A DNA stretch of 64,000 nucleotides from Chloroflexota bacterium (GCA_017853275.1 JAFMJV010000007.1:1694-65693); one strand, 5' to 3'. Positions 10,120 through 19,682 are shown, numbered from the stretch's first letter. Program-made: numbers and translations. The notes: generated by a model not told the origin, from the sequence alone.

Positions 10120-11376
10120 TCAGCCGCACCAGGCAAGGGCGACCCGCGCGAGGACCCGGGTCACCCGGGCCACGCTCGCGAGATCGACCCACTCATCCGG
10201 ACCGTGCTGCCCCCCGCCGGACGGTCCGTAGTAGAGCGCGGGGATCCCCGCGTCCCGGAAGAACCGGGCATCCGCAGTCCCGTAGAGGGGCGCCGTCCGC
10301 GGCCGGCCGCCGTCCTCGGCCACCGCCTGCGCGAGCGCGGTGGCGATCGGCGCATCCGGGTCGATCTCCCAGCCCTCCGCGCGGAAGCCGTGCCAGCGGA
10401 TCGCGGGCGGGTGCTCCCGCAGCCAGGGGTCCGCCTCCGCGATCTCCCGGACCCGCTCCGCGAGGAGCGCCTGGGCGCGGGCGACCGGCCAGCCGATGGG
10501 GAAGGAGAAGCGGATGCCGGCGCGGCAGGCGAGCGGGAGGGAGGAGGGCCAGTCGCCGCCCTCGATCGTCCCCACGTTCAGGGTGAGGGGCGCGGGCTCG
10601 GTGGGGAAGGCGGGGTGGCGGAAGCCGGCGTTCAGGGTTGCGGGGAGGCTCCGGAGGCCGGCGAGCAGGTCGAGCATCCGGTCGATCGCATTGACCGCAG
10701 CACCCGGCTGCCCCACGTAACCCGAGCGCCCCACGGTGGTCAGCTCGGCCCACAGGACGCCCGGGGTCGCCACGAGGAGCGCCTCCTCGCTCAGCTCCGG
10801 GATGACCGCGGCGTCCGCCCCCGGACCGCGCAGCCGCGCGGCGAGCGCCCCGTTCCCCGTGGCCTCCTCCTCGATCACCGATTCGAAGGCGAGATCGCCG
10901 CGCAGCGGGACGCCGCTCACGCGGATCGCGGCGACCGCGTGGAGCGCCGCCACGAGCCCGCTCTTCATGTCCAGCGCACCCCGGCCGTAGAGGCGGCCGT
11001 CCACCACCTGCGCCCCCCACGGATCGCGGGACCAGGCGCCCGGCTCCCCGATCGGGACCACATCCACGTGCCCCGAGAGGAGAAGGGATCGTCCACCCCC
11101 CGTCCCGGGGAGACGGGCGAGGAGGTTGGGGCGGGGATGGCGCCCGAGGTCCGCGAGACCGGCCCGCGGGTCGTCCTGGAGGGCGGCCGGATCCACCTCG
11201 TGGAGCGCGGCGGCGAGGCCCGCGTCAGCGGCGGCGCCATGGAGCATCTCCTGGGCCGGCCGCTCGTCCCCCACCACGCTCGGCGTGGCGACGAGCGCGC
11301 GGAGGAGATCGTGGTAGCGCGGCGCCAGCGCCTCCACGGAGGCGAGGACCGCGGCGAGGCGGGGGTCGCCGCTCAT
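10120..11376 (-). CDS. M20 family metallo-amidohydrolase (ArgE/DapE-like)
   Basis: Start MSGDPRL (ATGA overlap); SGHVDVVP, GRGALDMKSG, EEEATGNG, HGPDEWV. Confidence 0.9.
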   Translation of the reverse strand: MSGDPRLAAVLASVEALAPRYHDLLRALVATPSVVGDERPAQEMLHGAAADAGLAAALHEVDPAALQDDPRAGLADLGRHPRPNLLARLPGTGGGRSLLLSGHVDVVPIGEPGAWSRDPWGAQVVDGRLYGRGALDMKSGLVAALHAVAAIRVSGVPLRGDLAFESVIEEEATGNGALAARLRGPGADAAVIPELSEEALLVATPGVLWAELTTVGRSGYVGQPGAAVNAIDRMLDLLAGLRSLPATLNAGFRHPAFPTEPAPLTLNVGTIEGGDWPSSLPLACRAGIRFSFPIGWPVARAQALLAERVREIAEADPWLREHPPAIRWHGFRAEGWEIDPDAPIATALAQAVAEDGGRPRTAPLYGTADARFFRDAGIPALYYGPSGGGQHGPDEWVDLASVARVTRVLARVALAWCG

Positions 11377-12146
11377 CGCAGCGCGATCCCGCCATCCACC
11401 GGGAGGACCGTTCCGGTCACGAAGCCCGCCCCGGGGGAGACGAGGTAGCGCACCGCGGCGGCCACGTCCGCCTCCGTGGCGACCCGCCCGAGCGGGATCC
11501 GCGCCGTGATCGCCGCGCGCATCCCCGGCGCATCCAGGGTCTGCCGGCCCAGCTCCGTCTCCACGAAGGTGGGGGCGACCGCGTTGACCCGGATCCCGTG
11601 CGGCGCGAGCTCCAGCGCGAAGGAGCGGGTGAGCATGATCAGCCCCGCCTTGGCCGCGGCGTAGGCGGTCCGGCCGGGGAAGGCGATGAGGCCCGCGGCG
11701 GAGGCGATATTGACGATCGCGCCCGCGGTCCCCGTCTCCACCATCCGGCGGGCGACCGCCTGGGCCACGTGGAAGGCGCCGGTGAGGTTCGTGGCGATCA
11801 CCGCATCCCAGTCCTCGGCGCTCTGCTCCAGGACCCCGCCGAGACGCTGGATCCCCGCGTTGCTCACGAGGACCGTGATCGGCCCGAGCGCTTCCTCCGT
11901 GCGGGCGACGGCCGAGGCCACCGACGCCGGATCGGTGACCTCGAGGACCACGCCGATCGTCCGCGCCCCGGGGACGGCATCCGCGATCGCCGCCGCGGCC
12001 GCACGGGCGTCCGCCTCGTGGCGCGCGGTGCACGCGACCGCGTGGCCCGCGGCGGCAAGGTCCGCGGCGATCGCCCGGCCGATCCCGCGGCTCGCCCCGG
12101 TGACGAGGGCGACGGGAGGGGCGGGGGCGGGGGCGCGCTCGGGCAT
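11373..12146 (-). CDS. Short-chain dehydrogenase/reductase
   Basis: TGASRGIG, SNAG, YAAAK, VNAVAP, VDGG. Start chosen 7 nt after TAGGAT (alternative 12155). Confidence 0.92.
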   Translation of the reverse strand: MPERAPAPAPPVALVTGASRGIGRAIAADLAAAGHAVACTARHEADARAAAAAIADAVPGARTIGVVLEVTDPASVASAVARTEEALGPITVLVSNAGIQRLGGVLEQSAEDWDAVIATNLTGAFHVAQAVARRMVETGTAGAIVNIASAAGLIAFPGRTAYAAAKAGLIMLTRSFALELAPHGIRVNAVAPTFVETELGRQTLDAPGMRAAITARIPLGRVATEADVAAAVRYLVSPGAGFVTGTVLPVDGGIALR

Positions 12147-12201
12147 CCGCTCCATCCTACGGGCCGCTCATCCCCGCGGAGCGGCCCGCTAGCATCCCGG
12201 G

Positions 12202-13023
12202 ATGACCGATCCGGCGGGGGATGCGCCCCTCCACGATCCCGCCCTCCAGGCCGCCGTCCTCGCCGATGCCGCGCTCGCCTTCTCCGGGATCCCCGGGATC
12301 GAGACGGTGGCCGAGGCGGACCTCGTCCGGACCTTCGCCCCGGGCCGGCCGCAACCGTACGTGAACGTGATCACCCGCCTCGCGATGCCGCCCGACACGC
12401 TCCCCGAGCGGGTCGCCGCCGTGGAGCCGGCCTACCGCGCCGCCGGCCTGCCGACCCTCTGGTGGGTGGACGCGGCGGCGCGCTCGGCAGGGCTGCTCGA
12501 CGCGCTCCGGGCGACCGGGATGCGCGACCCGGGGCCGGAGACCGTGATGGCCCGGCGGCCGGGGGGAGAGCTGCCGGAGCCCCCGGCAGGCGTCGCGGTG
12601 CGCATCGTGGCGTCGATCGAGGCGCTGGACGACTGGATCGGCGTGATGGCGGGTGCGTACGGCTGGTCCGACCCGGCGCGGGCCGCCCTCATGCGCGGCC
12701 TCTACGATCCGCGCCTTCCCCACGGGCGGGACGGGGCACGGGTCGTCCTCCTCGCCACGCTCGCGGGCCGGCCGGTGGGGGCGGGGTCGCTCTTCCGGGC
12801 GGCGGGCCAGGGCTGGATCACGAACATCGGGACGCTCCCGGCCGCGCGGGGCCGTGGCGTGGGCCGGGCGGTCACCCGCGCGGCGCTCCACCTCTCGGCG
12901 GAGCGCGGAGACCCCACGACCTGGCTGGCCGCCTCGGAGATGGGCGAGCCGCTCTACGCCGGTCTCGGCTTCCGCTCCGTGGGCCGGATCGACCACCTCG
13001 TGGGTCCGGCCCCGCGCGGCTGA
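12202..13023 (+). CDS. GNAT family N-acetyltransferase
   Basis: IGTLPAARGRGVG acetyl-CoA motif and LYAGLGF; leaderless start TAGCAT-N6-ATG. Confidence 0.88.
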   Translation: MTDPAGDAPLHDPALQAAVLADAALAFSGIPGIETVAEADLVRTFAPGRPQPYVNVITRLAMPPDTLPERVAAVEPAYRAAGLPTLWWVDAAARSAGLLDALRATGMRDPGPETVMARRPGGELPEPPAGVAVRIVASIEALDDWIGVMAGAYGWSDPARAALMRGLYDPRLPHGRDGARVVLLATLAGRPVGAGSLFRAAGQGWITNIGTLPAARGRGVGRAVTRAALHLSAERGDPTTWLAASEMGEPLYAGLGFRSVGRIDHLVGPAPRG

Positions 13024-13134
13024 GCGCGGGCTGGGCCGCGGCCCGCCCCACACGCCCCCACCCGGCGCGCTATCGTCGCGCCACCGGGCCGCTCCGCACG
13101 GGAGAGAGCGGCCCTGCCGTGCAGGGAGAACGCC

Positions 13135-14481
13135 GTGCTCCGTCGTCACCGGCTCGCATCGCTCGCGATCGCCGCCTTCCTTGTCGCCGGCCTTGCCGCC
13201 CCGGTCGCGGCGGCGCCCACCTGGACCACGCCGGTGACCGCCACGGGAACCGCCGGCTGGGGCGGTGTCCAGAGCGTGGTCGCGAAGGATGGGACGGTGA
13301 TCATCGTCCGGGCGGTCGGGGTGGGCGGGACCACGAACCGCCTCGAGGCGCGGGTCCGCGCCCCCGGTGCGAACCGCTTCCGCTCCATCGCCCAGTCGCC
13401 GGAAGGGGACTTCCTCGGCCTCACCTCGCTCGTCGCTTCGCCGGATGGGGATGGCTGGGCGGCCACCACCGCGGACGGCCCGGCGGGCGTGGCCGGCATC
13501 CGTCTCTGGCGCATCGATGTGACCGCCCGCCGCTGGGTGCCGGCCGGCCGTCCCTTCCGCGGCGCAGTGGAGCGGGACTACCGGCTCTCCACGGCGAGCC
13601 TGACCCGGGCCGGGGACGGCACCTTCACGATCGCCGGGATCGCCGCGCCCAAGAGCCCGCCCGCGGGGGACCCCGTCTACCGGATCGTGGTGGCGACCGG
13701 GCGAGCAGGTGGCAGCTTCGCGACCCGCTTCCTCACCTCGGCCGATGTCCATGCGACGACCCCGGGCATCGCCGGAAATGCGCGCGGCGAGATCGTGGTC
13801 CCCTTCATCCAGGGCTACGACCTCGCGGAGATGACGCCGCGGGTCGCCATCCGCTCCGCGTCCGGACGCTGGCGCACGATCACCCTGGGACCGGCCGGCG
13901 ATTCGCAGCGGATCCGGGCGGCGATCGGGCCGGACGGCACGGTCGGCGTCACCTGGCTTGCGCCCGCGAACGCGCCCTTCACGGAGGTCGAGCTCGTCAC
14001 CCTCGGCGCCGGCTGCGGGACCTCCTGCATCGCCACCCACACGCTCGCCACCGGGCTGCCCGCCAAGGACCAGATCGCGGTCGCGGTGGAGGCGGACGGC
14101 GATGTCCTGGCGGGCTGGGTCCAGCCGGACGGCTCCGCCACGCGGATCTGGCTCGCCCATGCGGACGGCGGGGTCCCCGCCCCCCAGGTCGTCTCGGAGG
14201 ACGGACGGAAGGTCCGCCTGAGCGGGCTCGTCCCGATCGGGGGCTCACGGATCGGGATGATCGGCGTCCTCTTCACGACCGGCTTCGACGGGCTCGGCCT
14301 CCGCTACTGGCCGGTCCGCAACGGGACGGCAGGGAGTATGGTCACGCTCACCGGGAGCGAGGCCGCGGACGGCGCGGTGAACAACGAGCAGCTCGGCTTC
14401 GCCAAGGGCCTGGGGACGATCACCTGGATGCGGGGGACCTACCCAGCCACGACGATCTCGGTCACCGACCAGCGCCGCTAA
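13135..14481 (+). CDS. Secreted hypothetical protein, beta-rich (possible beta-propeller)
   Basis: Sec signal peptide ending VAA-APTW; repeated short strand-DG-strand-W units. Confidence 0.75.
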   Translation: MLRRHRLASLAIAAFLVAGLAAPVAAAPTWTTPVTATGTAGWGGVQSVVAKDGTVIIVRAVGVGGTTNRLEARVRAPGANRFRSIAQSPEGDFLGLTSLVASPDGDGWAATTADGPAGVAGIRLWRIDVTARRWVPAGRPFRGAVERDYRLSTASLTRAGDGTFTIAGIAAPKSPPAGDPVYRIVVATGRAGGSFATRFLTSADVHATTPGIAGNARGEIVVPFIQGYDLAEMTPRVAIRSASGRWRTITLGPAGDSQRIRAAIGPDGTVGVTWLAPANAPFTEVELVTLGAGCGTSCIATHTLATGLPAKDQIAVAVEADGDVLAGWVQPDGSATRIWLAHADGGVPAPQVVSEDGRKVRLSGLVPIGGSRIGMIGVLFTTGFDGLGLRYWPVRNGTAGSMVTLTGSEAADGAVNNEQLGFAKGLGTITWMRGTYPATTISVTDQRR

Positions 14482-14504
14482 GGCGCGCTGGGGAAAGGGA
14501 TCGG

Positions 14505-15923
14505 ATGGACGCGAACGAAGCCTGGTTCCGGAGCCGAGCGTGGAGCGTGAGCGGCAATCGTCTCGGCGGCCCACCGGACGGGAAGCGTCCGGTCGTCACG
14601 TCGCTCGCCCGGGAGATCCACCAGCCCCGTTCCGTCGATGAGGTCGTGCGGATCGTCCGTGCCCTTCCGCCGTCCACGCCGATCGCGTGCGTCTCGGGCG
14701 GCCACGGCTCGAGCGGATCCGCGCTCGTCGCCGCCCCGGATGCGGTCGTCCTCGACCTGGTCCACCTGAAGGAGATCACCTTCCACGAGGACGCGGACGG
14801 CCCGCTTGTGACGGTGGGCGCCGGGGTCGTCTTCCGCGAGCTGGTGGAGGCGCTCCGGGAGCAGAGGGGCGCGCTCCCGGTGGGGACCGGGCCCGGTGTC
14901 GGCGTGGTGGGATATGTCGTGAACGGCGGCCTGAGCGGCTACTTCTCGCGCCGGCTCGGGCTGCTCGGCCAGCGCGTGGAGCGGATGACCGTGGTGACGG
15001 CCGCGGGCGAGGTCCGGGTCCTCGGCACCGCAGATCCGGAGCTCGCGGCGATGGTCGGCGCAGGAAGCGCGCTCGGGATCGTGGTGGACGTGACGATCCG
15101 CGTGGCGCCCGCGAGCGCGATCCGGGAGGCCCAGCAGCGGGTCTTCGGCTTCGACTCGCGCGAGCGCGCCGTCCGGTTCACGCGCGGCGCCGTCCGGCTG
15201 ATGCGTGACGCGATCCTCCCCGATCCCTCGGTCTCCCAGGAGATCGTCGTCACCGGTGGCGGCGCGATCGTCGTGACCACGACCTTCTTCGACTCCTTCA
15301 TCGGGGATCCGGCCCGGTTCCTCGCTCCGCTCGAGGAGCTGGCCGCCTCTCTCGAGCTGCCGTTGCTGGCCGCAGCCCGCTGGGGCTCGTGGTACGAAGC
15401 AGCGGGGGCGCTGTGGCCGATCATCGAGGGTCAGTCCGGCGATCCGCTCGCCTTCCTGTGCCATGCGGTGGGGACGCGGATGGCACCGGATGACGCGGCG
15501 ATCGACTACGTCTGTGACGTGATGGTCGGCGAGGCGCCGCTGGACGAGGCTCCGCTCTCGATCATCGAGATCCGGACCCTGGGCGGGGCTGCCGGCACCG
15601 GCCGCCCGATCCCGACCGGGAACCATCACCACGACTTCTTCGTGGACATCGTCACGATGTACGACGCCGGGCCGAAGGACGGTGCGGCGCGCCAGGCGAT
15701 CCTCGACCGGACGAACGGGATCGTCGATCGCGCGCGCACCATCCCCGGGCTGGACGTCGACTTCAGCGGGACCCACTCGCAGCCCGACGACCCGGGCGAG
15801 CCACCGGCTGCGGAGCTGATCTTCGGCACACCGGAGGCAGCGGCCGGCATCCGTGCCCTGAAGAAGCAGCTGGACCCGGCCGACCGGTTCCGCTTCCACC
15901 CCTACGTGCGGATCCTCGACTGA
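14505..15923 (+). CDS. FAD-binding oxidoreductase (VAO/BBE-like family)
   Basis: Start MDANEAW; PRSVDEV, SGGH, VGAGV, PGVGVVG...GG, GIV and C-terminal KKQLDPADRF. Confidence 0.85.
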   Translation: MDANEAWFRSRAWSVSGNRLGGPPDGKRPVVTSLAREIHQPRSVDEVVRIVRALPPSTPIACVSGGHGSSGSALVAAPDAVVLDLVHLKEITFHEDADGPLVTVGAGVVFRELVEALREQRGALPVGTGPGVGVVGYVVNGGLSGYFSRRLGLLGQRVERMTVVTAAGEVRVLGTADPELAAMVGAGSALGIVVDVTIRVAPASAIREAQQRVFGFDSRERAVRFTRGAVRLMRDAILPDPSVSQEIVVTGGGAIVVTTTFFDSFIGDPARFLAPLEELAASLELPLLAAARWGSWYEAAGALWPIIEGQSGDPLAFLCHAVGTRMAPDDAAIDYVCDVMVGEAPLDEAPLSIIEIRTLGGAAGTGRPIPTGNHHHDFFVDIVTMYDAGPKDGAARQAILDRTNGIVDRARTIPGLDVDFSGTHSQPDDPGEPPAAELIFGTPEAAAGIRALKKQLDPADRFRFHPYVRILD

Positions 15924-15945
15924 CCGCATCGGCGGCGGCGCGGAG

Positions 15946-15979
15946 CCGGATCCGGATGAGGCGGCCCTCTCGGATCCGG
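15946..15979. terminator. Hairpin between convergent genes
   Basis: CCGGATCCG...GAGG-CGGC-CCTC...CGGATCCGG. Confidence 0.45.
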
Positions 15980-15999
15980 ACAGGGCCGTGGGACGCGGC

Positions 16000-16755
16000 C
16001 TACGTGGCCTCGGATCCGCAGTCCTCGTCGATCGGGGCGGTGTTCCCGACCACGTTGGCGTTGAAGACCCCGATCCCGGGGCACCGGACGCCCTCCAGGA
16101 ACGCGCCCGTCGGGTTGTAGAGGCCGCCGGCACGAAGATCCGCCTCGTTGCCGGTGATCCGCCCGGTGGAGGTGATGACGAGCGTCGCCCCGACGCCGTT
16201 CGACACGCCACCGCCATTGGACGTCGCGCGGTTCTGCTCCACGACCGTCCCCTTCCCCAGGGTGAGGTGGCCGCCGTTGAAGATGCCGCCGCCCAGGCCC
16301 GCCGTGTTGAGCGCGACCCGGACCCCACGCAGGACGAGCGTCCCGCCGTTGTAGATGCCGCCGCCGATCGTGACGAAGACGAACGACCGGCCCACGCCCC
16401 GGGTGATGAAGAGCCCGCGCACGGTGACCGTGGCCCCCGTGTCGATGAAGAGCGGCTGAACGAGGTTCCTGCCGTCCAGCGTGGGCCGGGCGGCTCCCGG
16501 CGGACGGATCCCCCGGATCGTGAGGTCCTTGCGGATCACCGCGGCGCCCCGGCAGACGCCGCGGACCGTGAGGGTGTCTCCGGCGCTGGCAGCCTTCACT
16601 GCCGCGCGGAGCGTGGCCGCGGTCCCGTCCGTCCGCGTGTTCGTGACGATGCACGTGGTGGAAGAGCCCGCCACCGGCCCGGCCGGCAGGAGCGCGAGAG
16701 CCACCGTGCCCGCGAGCACAGCACCCAGGATCCGCCGAGCCACGACCATCCGCAT
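16000..16755 (-). CDS. Secreted right-handed beta-helix protein (Pmp-like GGGIxN repeats)
   Basis: Signal peptide; repeats GGGIYN, GGGIFN, GGGVSN, AGGLYN; SD GGAGG before ATG 16755. Confidence 0.8.
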   Translation of the reverse strand: MRMVVARRILGAVLAGTVALALLPAGPVAGSSTTCIVTNTRTDGTAATLRAAVKAASAGDTLTVRGVCRGAAVIRKDLTIRGIRPPGAARPTLDGRNLVQPLFIDTGATVTVRGLFITRGVGRSFVFVTIGGGIYNGGTLVLRGVRVALNTAGLGGGIFNGGHLTLGKGTVVEQNRATSNGGGVSNGVGATLVITSTGRITGNEADLRAGGLYNPTGAFLEGVRCPGIGVFNANVVGNTAPIDEDCGSEAT

Positions 16756-16866
16756 CCCATCCCTCCACGCTGCGGCCGGAGCATCCGCCCCGCGACCATC
16801 CTCCGGCATCCGGTCAAGCCCGGGCGATCGCGGGAGGCCTCCCGGGCGGCGCATCGACCATCCGGG

Positions 16867-17691
16867 TCAGCTCTCGCAGCCCACGCCGTCCCCGCCGCCA
16901 TCGAAGCGGTGGGGGTCCGGTGGCAGGACGCGGAAGCGCCGATAGGGAACGTCCGCGCAGTCCAGGTCCGGCGGCGAGGGCGGGATGCAGACGTCCGGGT
17001 AGGCCGGATCGCAGCCCGACCCGCCGGCCGTGGCCCCTCCTCCGCCGGCCGCGGCTGCCTCCCCGCCGGGCGGGGTCCCCCAGAGGCCGATCCCCCGCTC
17101 CCGCGCGTCCGCCTGCGCCGCGAGATAGATGTCCACCCAGCGGACATCCGGCGGGTAGGTGACGACCTGCGCCAGGCCGAGCGACACGAGCGCGAGGTTG
17201 ACGAAGACGAGCTCGCCGCCCGTCCCCTCCACCCAGACGTAGCGGAGGAGGCGGCCGTAGCGATCCGTCTCGCTGATATCCCGCTCGAGGAGGACCTGGC
17301 GCCCCTCCACGAGCGAGCGGTTCATCGCCGAGGCCTCCTTCCCCATCCACTCCACGGGCCGGCTGGGATGGACGGTCTCCGGCGTATCCACCCCGATGTA
17401 GCGGACGCGCTCCGGGCCGCGGCCGCGGTCCACCTCGATCGTGTCCCCGTCCACCACGGCGAGGACCCGGGCGCTCTCCGTCCGTCCGGCAGGTGCGAGG
17501 CCCGTGACCGCGTCCGCAGCCGGTGCCGGTGTCGCCGGGCGCGGGGTGGGCCGGGCGGTGGCGCGCGGGGTGGCCGCCGGGGCCCGGGTCGCCGGGGCGC
17601 CTGCCTGCTCCGTGACGGACGGAACGGGCGGCGATCCGCAGCCGGCCAGGACCGCCGCGAGGAGGAGGACGAGCGCCGACCGGAGCTTCAC
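16867..17691 (-). CDS. Thermonuclease (SNase) lipoprotein with C-terminal Excalibur-like domain
   Basis: GTG start; lipobox LAGC; Pro/Ala/Thr linker; DGDT, RYIGVDTPE, DRYGRLLRYV, GLW; C-terminal DLDC...DPHRFDGGGDGVGCES. Confidence 0.9.
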   Translation of the reverse strand: MKLRSALVLLLAAVLAGCGSPPVPSVTEQAGAPATRAPAATPRATARPTPRPATPAPAADAVTGLAPAGRTESARVLAVVDGDTIEVDRGRGPERVRYIGVDTPETVHPSRPVEWMGKEASAMNRSLVEGRQVLLERDISETDRYGRLLRYVWVEGTGGELVFVNLALVSLGLAQVVTYPPDVRWVDIYLAAQADARERGIGLWGTPPGGEAAAAGGGGATAGGSGCDPAYPDVCIPPSPPDLDCADVPYRRFRVLPPDPHRFDGGGDGVGCES

Positions 17692-17856
17692 CCGCGCATC
17701 CTCGCCGGTCCGCGTGCCATCTGTCCGGCACGCCGCTGGACGGGGTACCAAGGAGCGCGGTATCGTCCCGGCCGGACCCCGGCGCTGACATCTGGCGCGC
17801 CTCGCGGGTCCCATGGGGGTGATCATGCAGCGCGCCGACCGGGATCCGTTCCACCG

Positions 17857-18531
17857 ATGAACCTGGGCCGGCTTCTCCTGGGTGCCGCCGCCGTCCGCGC
17901 CGTGCGTGGCTCGGGCGGCGGGCGCAGCTCCTCGTCCGGCACCGGGACGGGGTGTCTCATCGGGGTCGTGGCGGTCATCGTCGCCCTGGGGATGGCCTGG
18001 GAGTGGGCCAAGGAGAACCCCGTCCCGTCGCTCATCGGCTTCGCGGTCGTGAGCCTCCTCGTCATCGCCTACCTGCGGTCGCGGCGCCCGGTCCCCCAGG
18101 TCCGGATCGCCACGCTGGACGGCTTCCTCGCGCTCACCCCGACCCAGTTCGAGCAGGAGGTCGCCGCCCTCTTCCGCGCCCTCGGCTACCCGCAGATGGA
18201 TGCCGTGGGCGGCGCCGGCGATCTCTCCGTGGATGTCCGCGGCGTGGATCCCCAGGGTCGGACCGTCCTCGTCCAGTGCAAGCGCTACGCCCCGGACCGG
18301 CGGATCGGCTCCCCGGAGATCCAGCAGTTCTACGGGATGGCGCGCTACCACGACGCGAACGCGCACGCGGTCTTCATCACGACCTCGGGCTACACGGACG
18401 CGGCGATCGACGTGGCACGGCAGGTCGGCGTGGAGCTCATCGATGGACCGGCGCTCGTGTCCATCGCCGGGAAGGTGAACCAGGCCCTTGCCCAGGCGGC
18501 CGCCCGCCAGGCGAGCGGCGCCGAGGGCTGA
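17857..18531 (+). CDS. Membrane-anchored Mrr-like (type IV) restriction endonuclease
   Basis: Start MNLGRLL; two hydrophobic helices, then Mrr_cat motifs FEQEVA.LF..LGY, GD..VD, VQCKRY, FITTSGYT. Confidence 0.85.
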   Translation: MNLGRLLLGAAAVRAVRGSGGGRSSSSGTGTGCLIGVVAVIVALGMAWEWAKENPVPSLIGFAVVSLLVIAYLRSRRPVPQVRIATLDGFLALTPTQFEQEVAALFRALGYPQMDAVGGAGDLSVDVRGVDPQGRTVLVQCKRYAPDRRIGSPEIQQFYGMARYHDANAHAVFITTSGYTDAAIDVARQVGVELIDGPALVSIAGKVNQALAQAAARQASGAEG

Positions 18532-18540
18532 TCAGGAGCG

Positions 18541-18909
18541 TTAGCGCCGGACCGGGTAGCGGGACCAGAACTCCTCGTCCGACATGACGAGGTAGAGGAT
18601 CCCCTCGATGAAGCCCACGATCCCGGGGATCACGGTCCAGAAGAAGATCAGGTAGAGGACCCCCTGGCCGGGCTTCCCGAGATAGAACTTGTGGATCCCG
18701 AAGGAGCCCAGGAAGATCGCGAGGAGCGCGGCGGCGAGGCGTGAGCGCTGCGCCGGGCCGTACATCCCGACGACCGGGCTGGGCATGGGCGTAACCTGCC
18801 GGACGCCACAGCGCGGGCAGATCTCGGCCCGCGGATCGAGCATGTTCGCGCACGCGGAGCAGTACTTCACCTGGGCCGGCGGCGGCGTTCCCGGAGCGTT
18901 GGTCATCAT
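18541..18909 (-). CDS. Zinc-ribbon plus TM2 (NINE) domain membrane protein
   Basis: SD AAGGGGGAG; CSAC..AEICPRCGVRQ; AALLAIFLGSFGIHKFYLGK TM2 signature. Confidence 0.88.
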   Translation of the reverse strand: MMTNAPGTPPPAQVKYCSACANMLDPRAEICPRCGVRQVTPMPSPVVGMYGPAQRSRLAAALLAIFLGSFGIHKFYLGKPGQGVLYLIFFWTVIPGIVGFIEGILYLVMSDEEFWSRYPVRR

Positions 18910-18935
18910 CTCCCCCTTCTGCTGTGGTGGATCGG

Positions 18936-19682
18936 TCAGGCCTGGGGACCGCGCGGGTCCTGCGGCGGCTGAGGCTGCTGCGGTGCGGACTGCCAGCCAC
19001 CCTGCGCGGGGGGCTGCGGCTGCTGCGGGGCGGACTGCCACGACTGCGGCGCCTGTGGCTGTTGCGGCGCGGACTGCCAGGACTGGGGCGCCTCGGGCTG
19101 CTGCGGGGCGGACTGCCACGACTGCGGCGGCTGAGGCTGCTGCGGGGCCGACTGCCAGCTCGCGGGGGGCGCGGCGGGTGCCACGGGCGGCTGGGGCGCG
19201 GGCGGAGCGGCGGGGGTCCAGGCCATCGGCGCGGGCTGCGCGGGTGCCGCGCCCTGGTAGAAGCGCCACGCGGTGGGGTCGGCGTAGCGGCTGCCGCGCG
19301 GGGGCGGGCCCCAGCGGTTCGGGCCGGGCTCGCTGTCCAGCAGGAGGAAGACGAGGAGGACGAAGACGCCGAAGGGGATGATCGCGATCCAGAACCACCA
19401 CCCCGAGCGGCCCACGTCATGGAGACGCCGGACGAAGACGCCGAGGGACGGGAGGAAGAGGACGAGCCCGATGAGAACGGAGACGAGCGAGATGAGCCCC
19501 GCGCCGGCGAGGAGCCCGTCCACCGTGGACGCGCCGTTCCCGAGGGCGGTCGCCACCACCGAGATCACGATCTGGATCGCGAGCAGGAAGAGCGCCCACC
19601 ACCAGTATTCCGAACGGCTCGCCCGTCCGTCCAGCTGCGCGTACTTGCCGAAGACCGTCCGGATCGCCTCTCCCGGTCCCAT
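18936..19682 (-). CDS. DUF805 family membrane protein with Pro/Gln-rich repeat tail
   Basis: [31 protein letters not shown]; SD GGAGG before ATG 19682. Confidence 0.88.
   Translation of the reverse strand: MGPGEAIRTVFGKYAQLDGRASRSEYWWWALFLLAIQIVISVVATALGNGASTVDGLLAGAGLISLVSVLIGLVLFLPSLGVFVRRLHDVGRSGWWFWIAIIPFGVFVLLVFLLLDSEPGPNRWGPPPRGSRYADPTAWRFYQGAAPAQPAPMAWTPAAPPAPQPPVAPAAPPASWQSAPQQPQPPQSWQSAPQQPEAPQSWQSAPQQPQAPQSWQSAPQQPQPPAQGGWQSAPQQPQPPQDPRGPQA
18960..19161 (-). repeat. Five degenerate ~39-bp tandem repeats encoding WQSAPQQP(Q/E)xPQ
   Basis: GACTGCCA recurs five times at roughly 39-nt spacing; WQSAPQQP occurs five times in the protein. Confidence 0.85.

Noticed and set aside
11598-15923. 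1441-aa ORF suggesting a giant fusion protein
   Set aside because: Only the last 472 aa (from ATG 14505) are protein-like; the upstream part overlaps the SDR, GNAT and secreted-protein genes in other frames.
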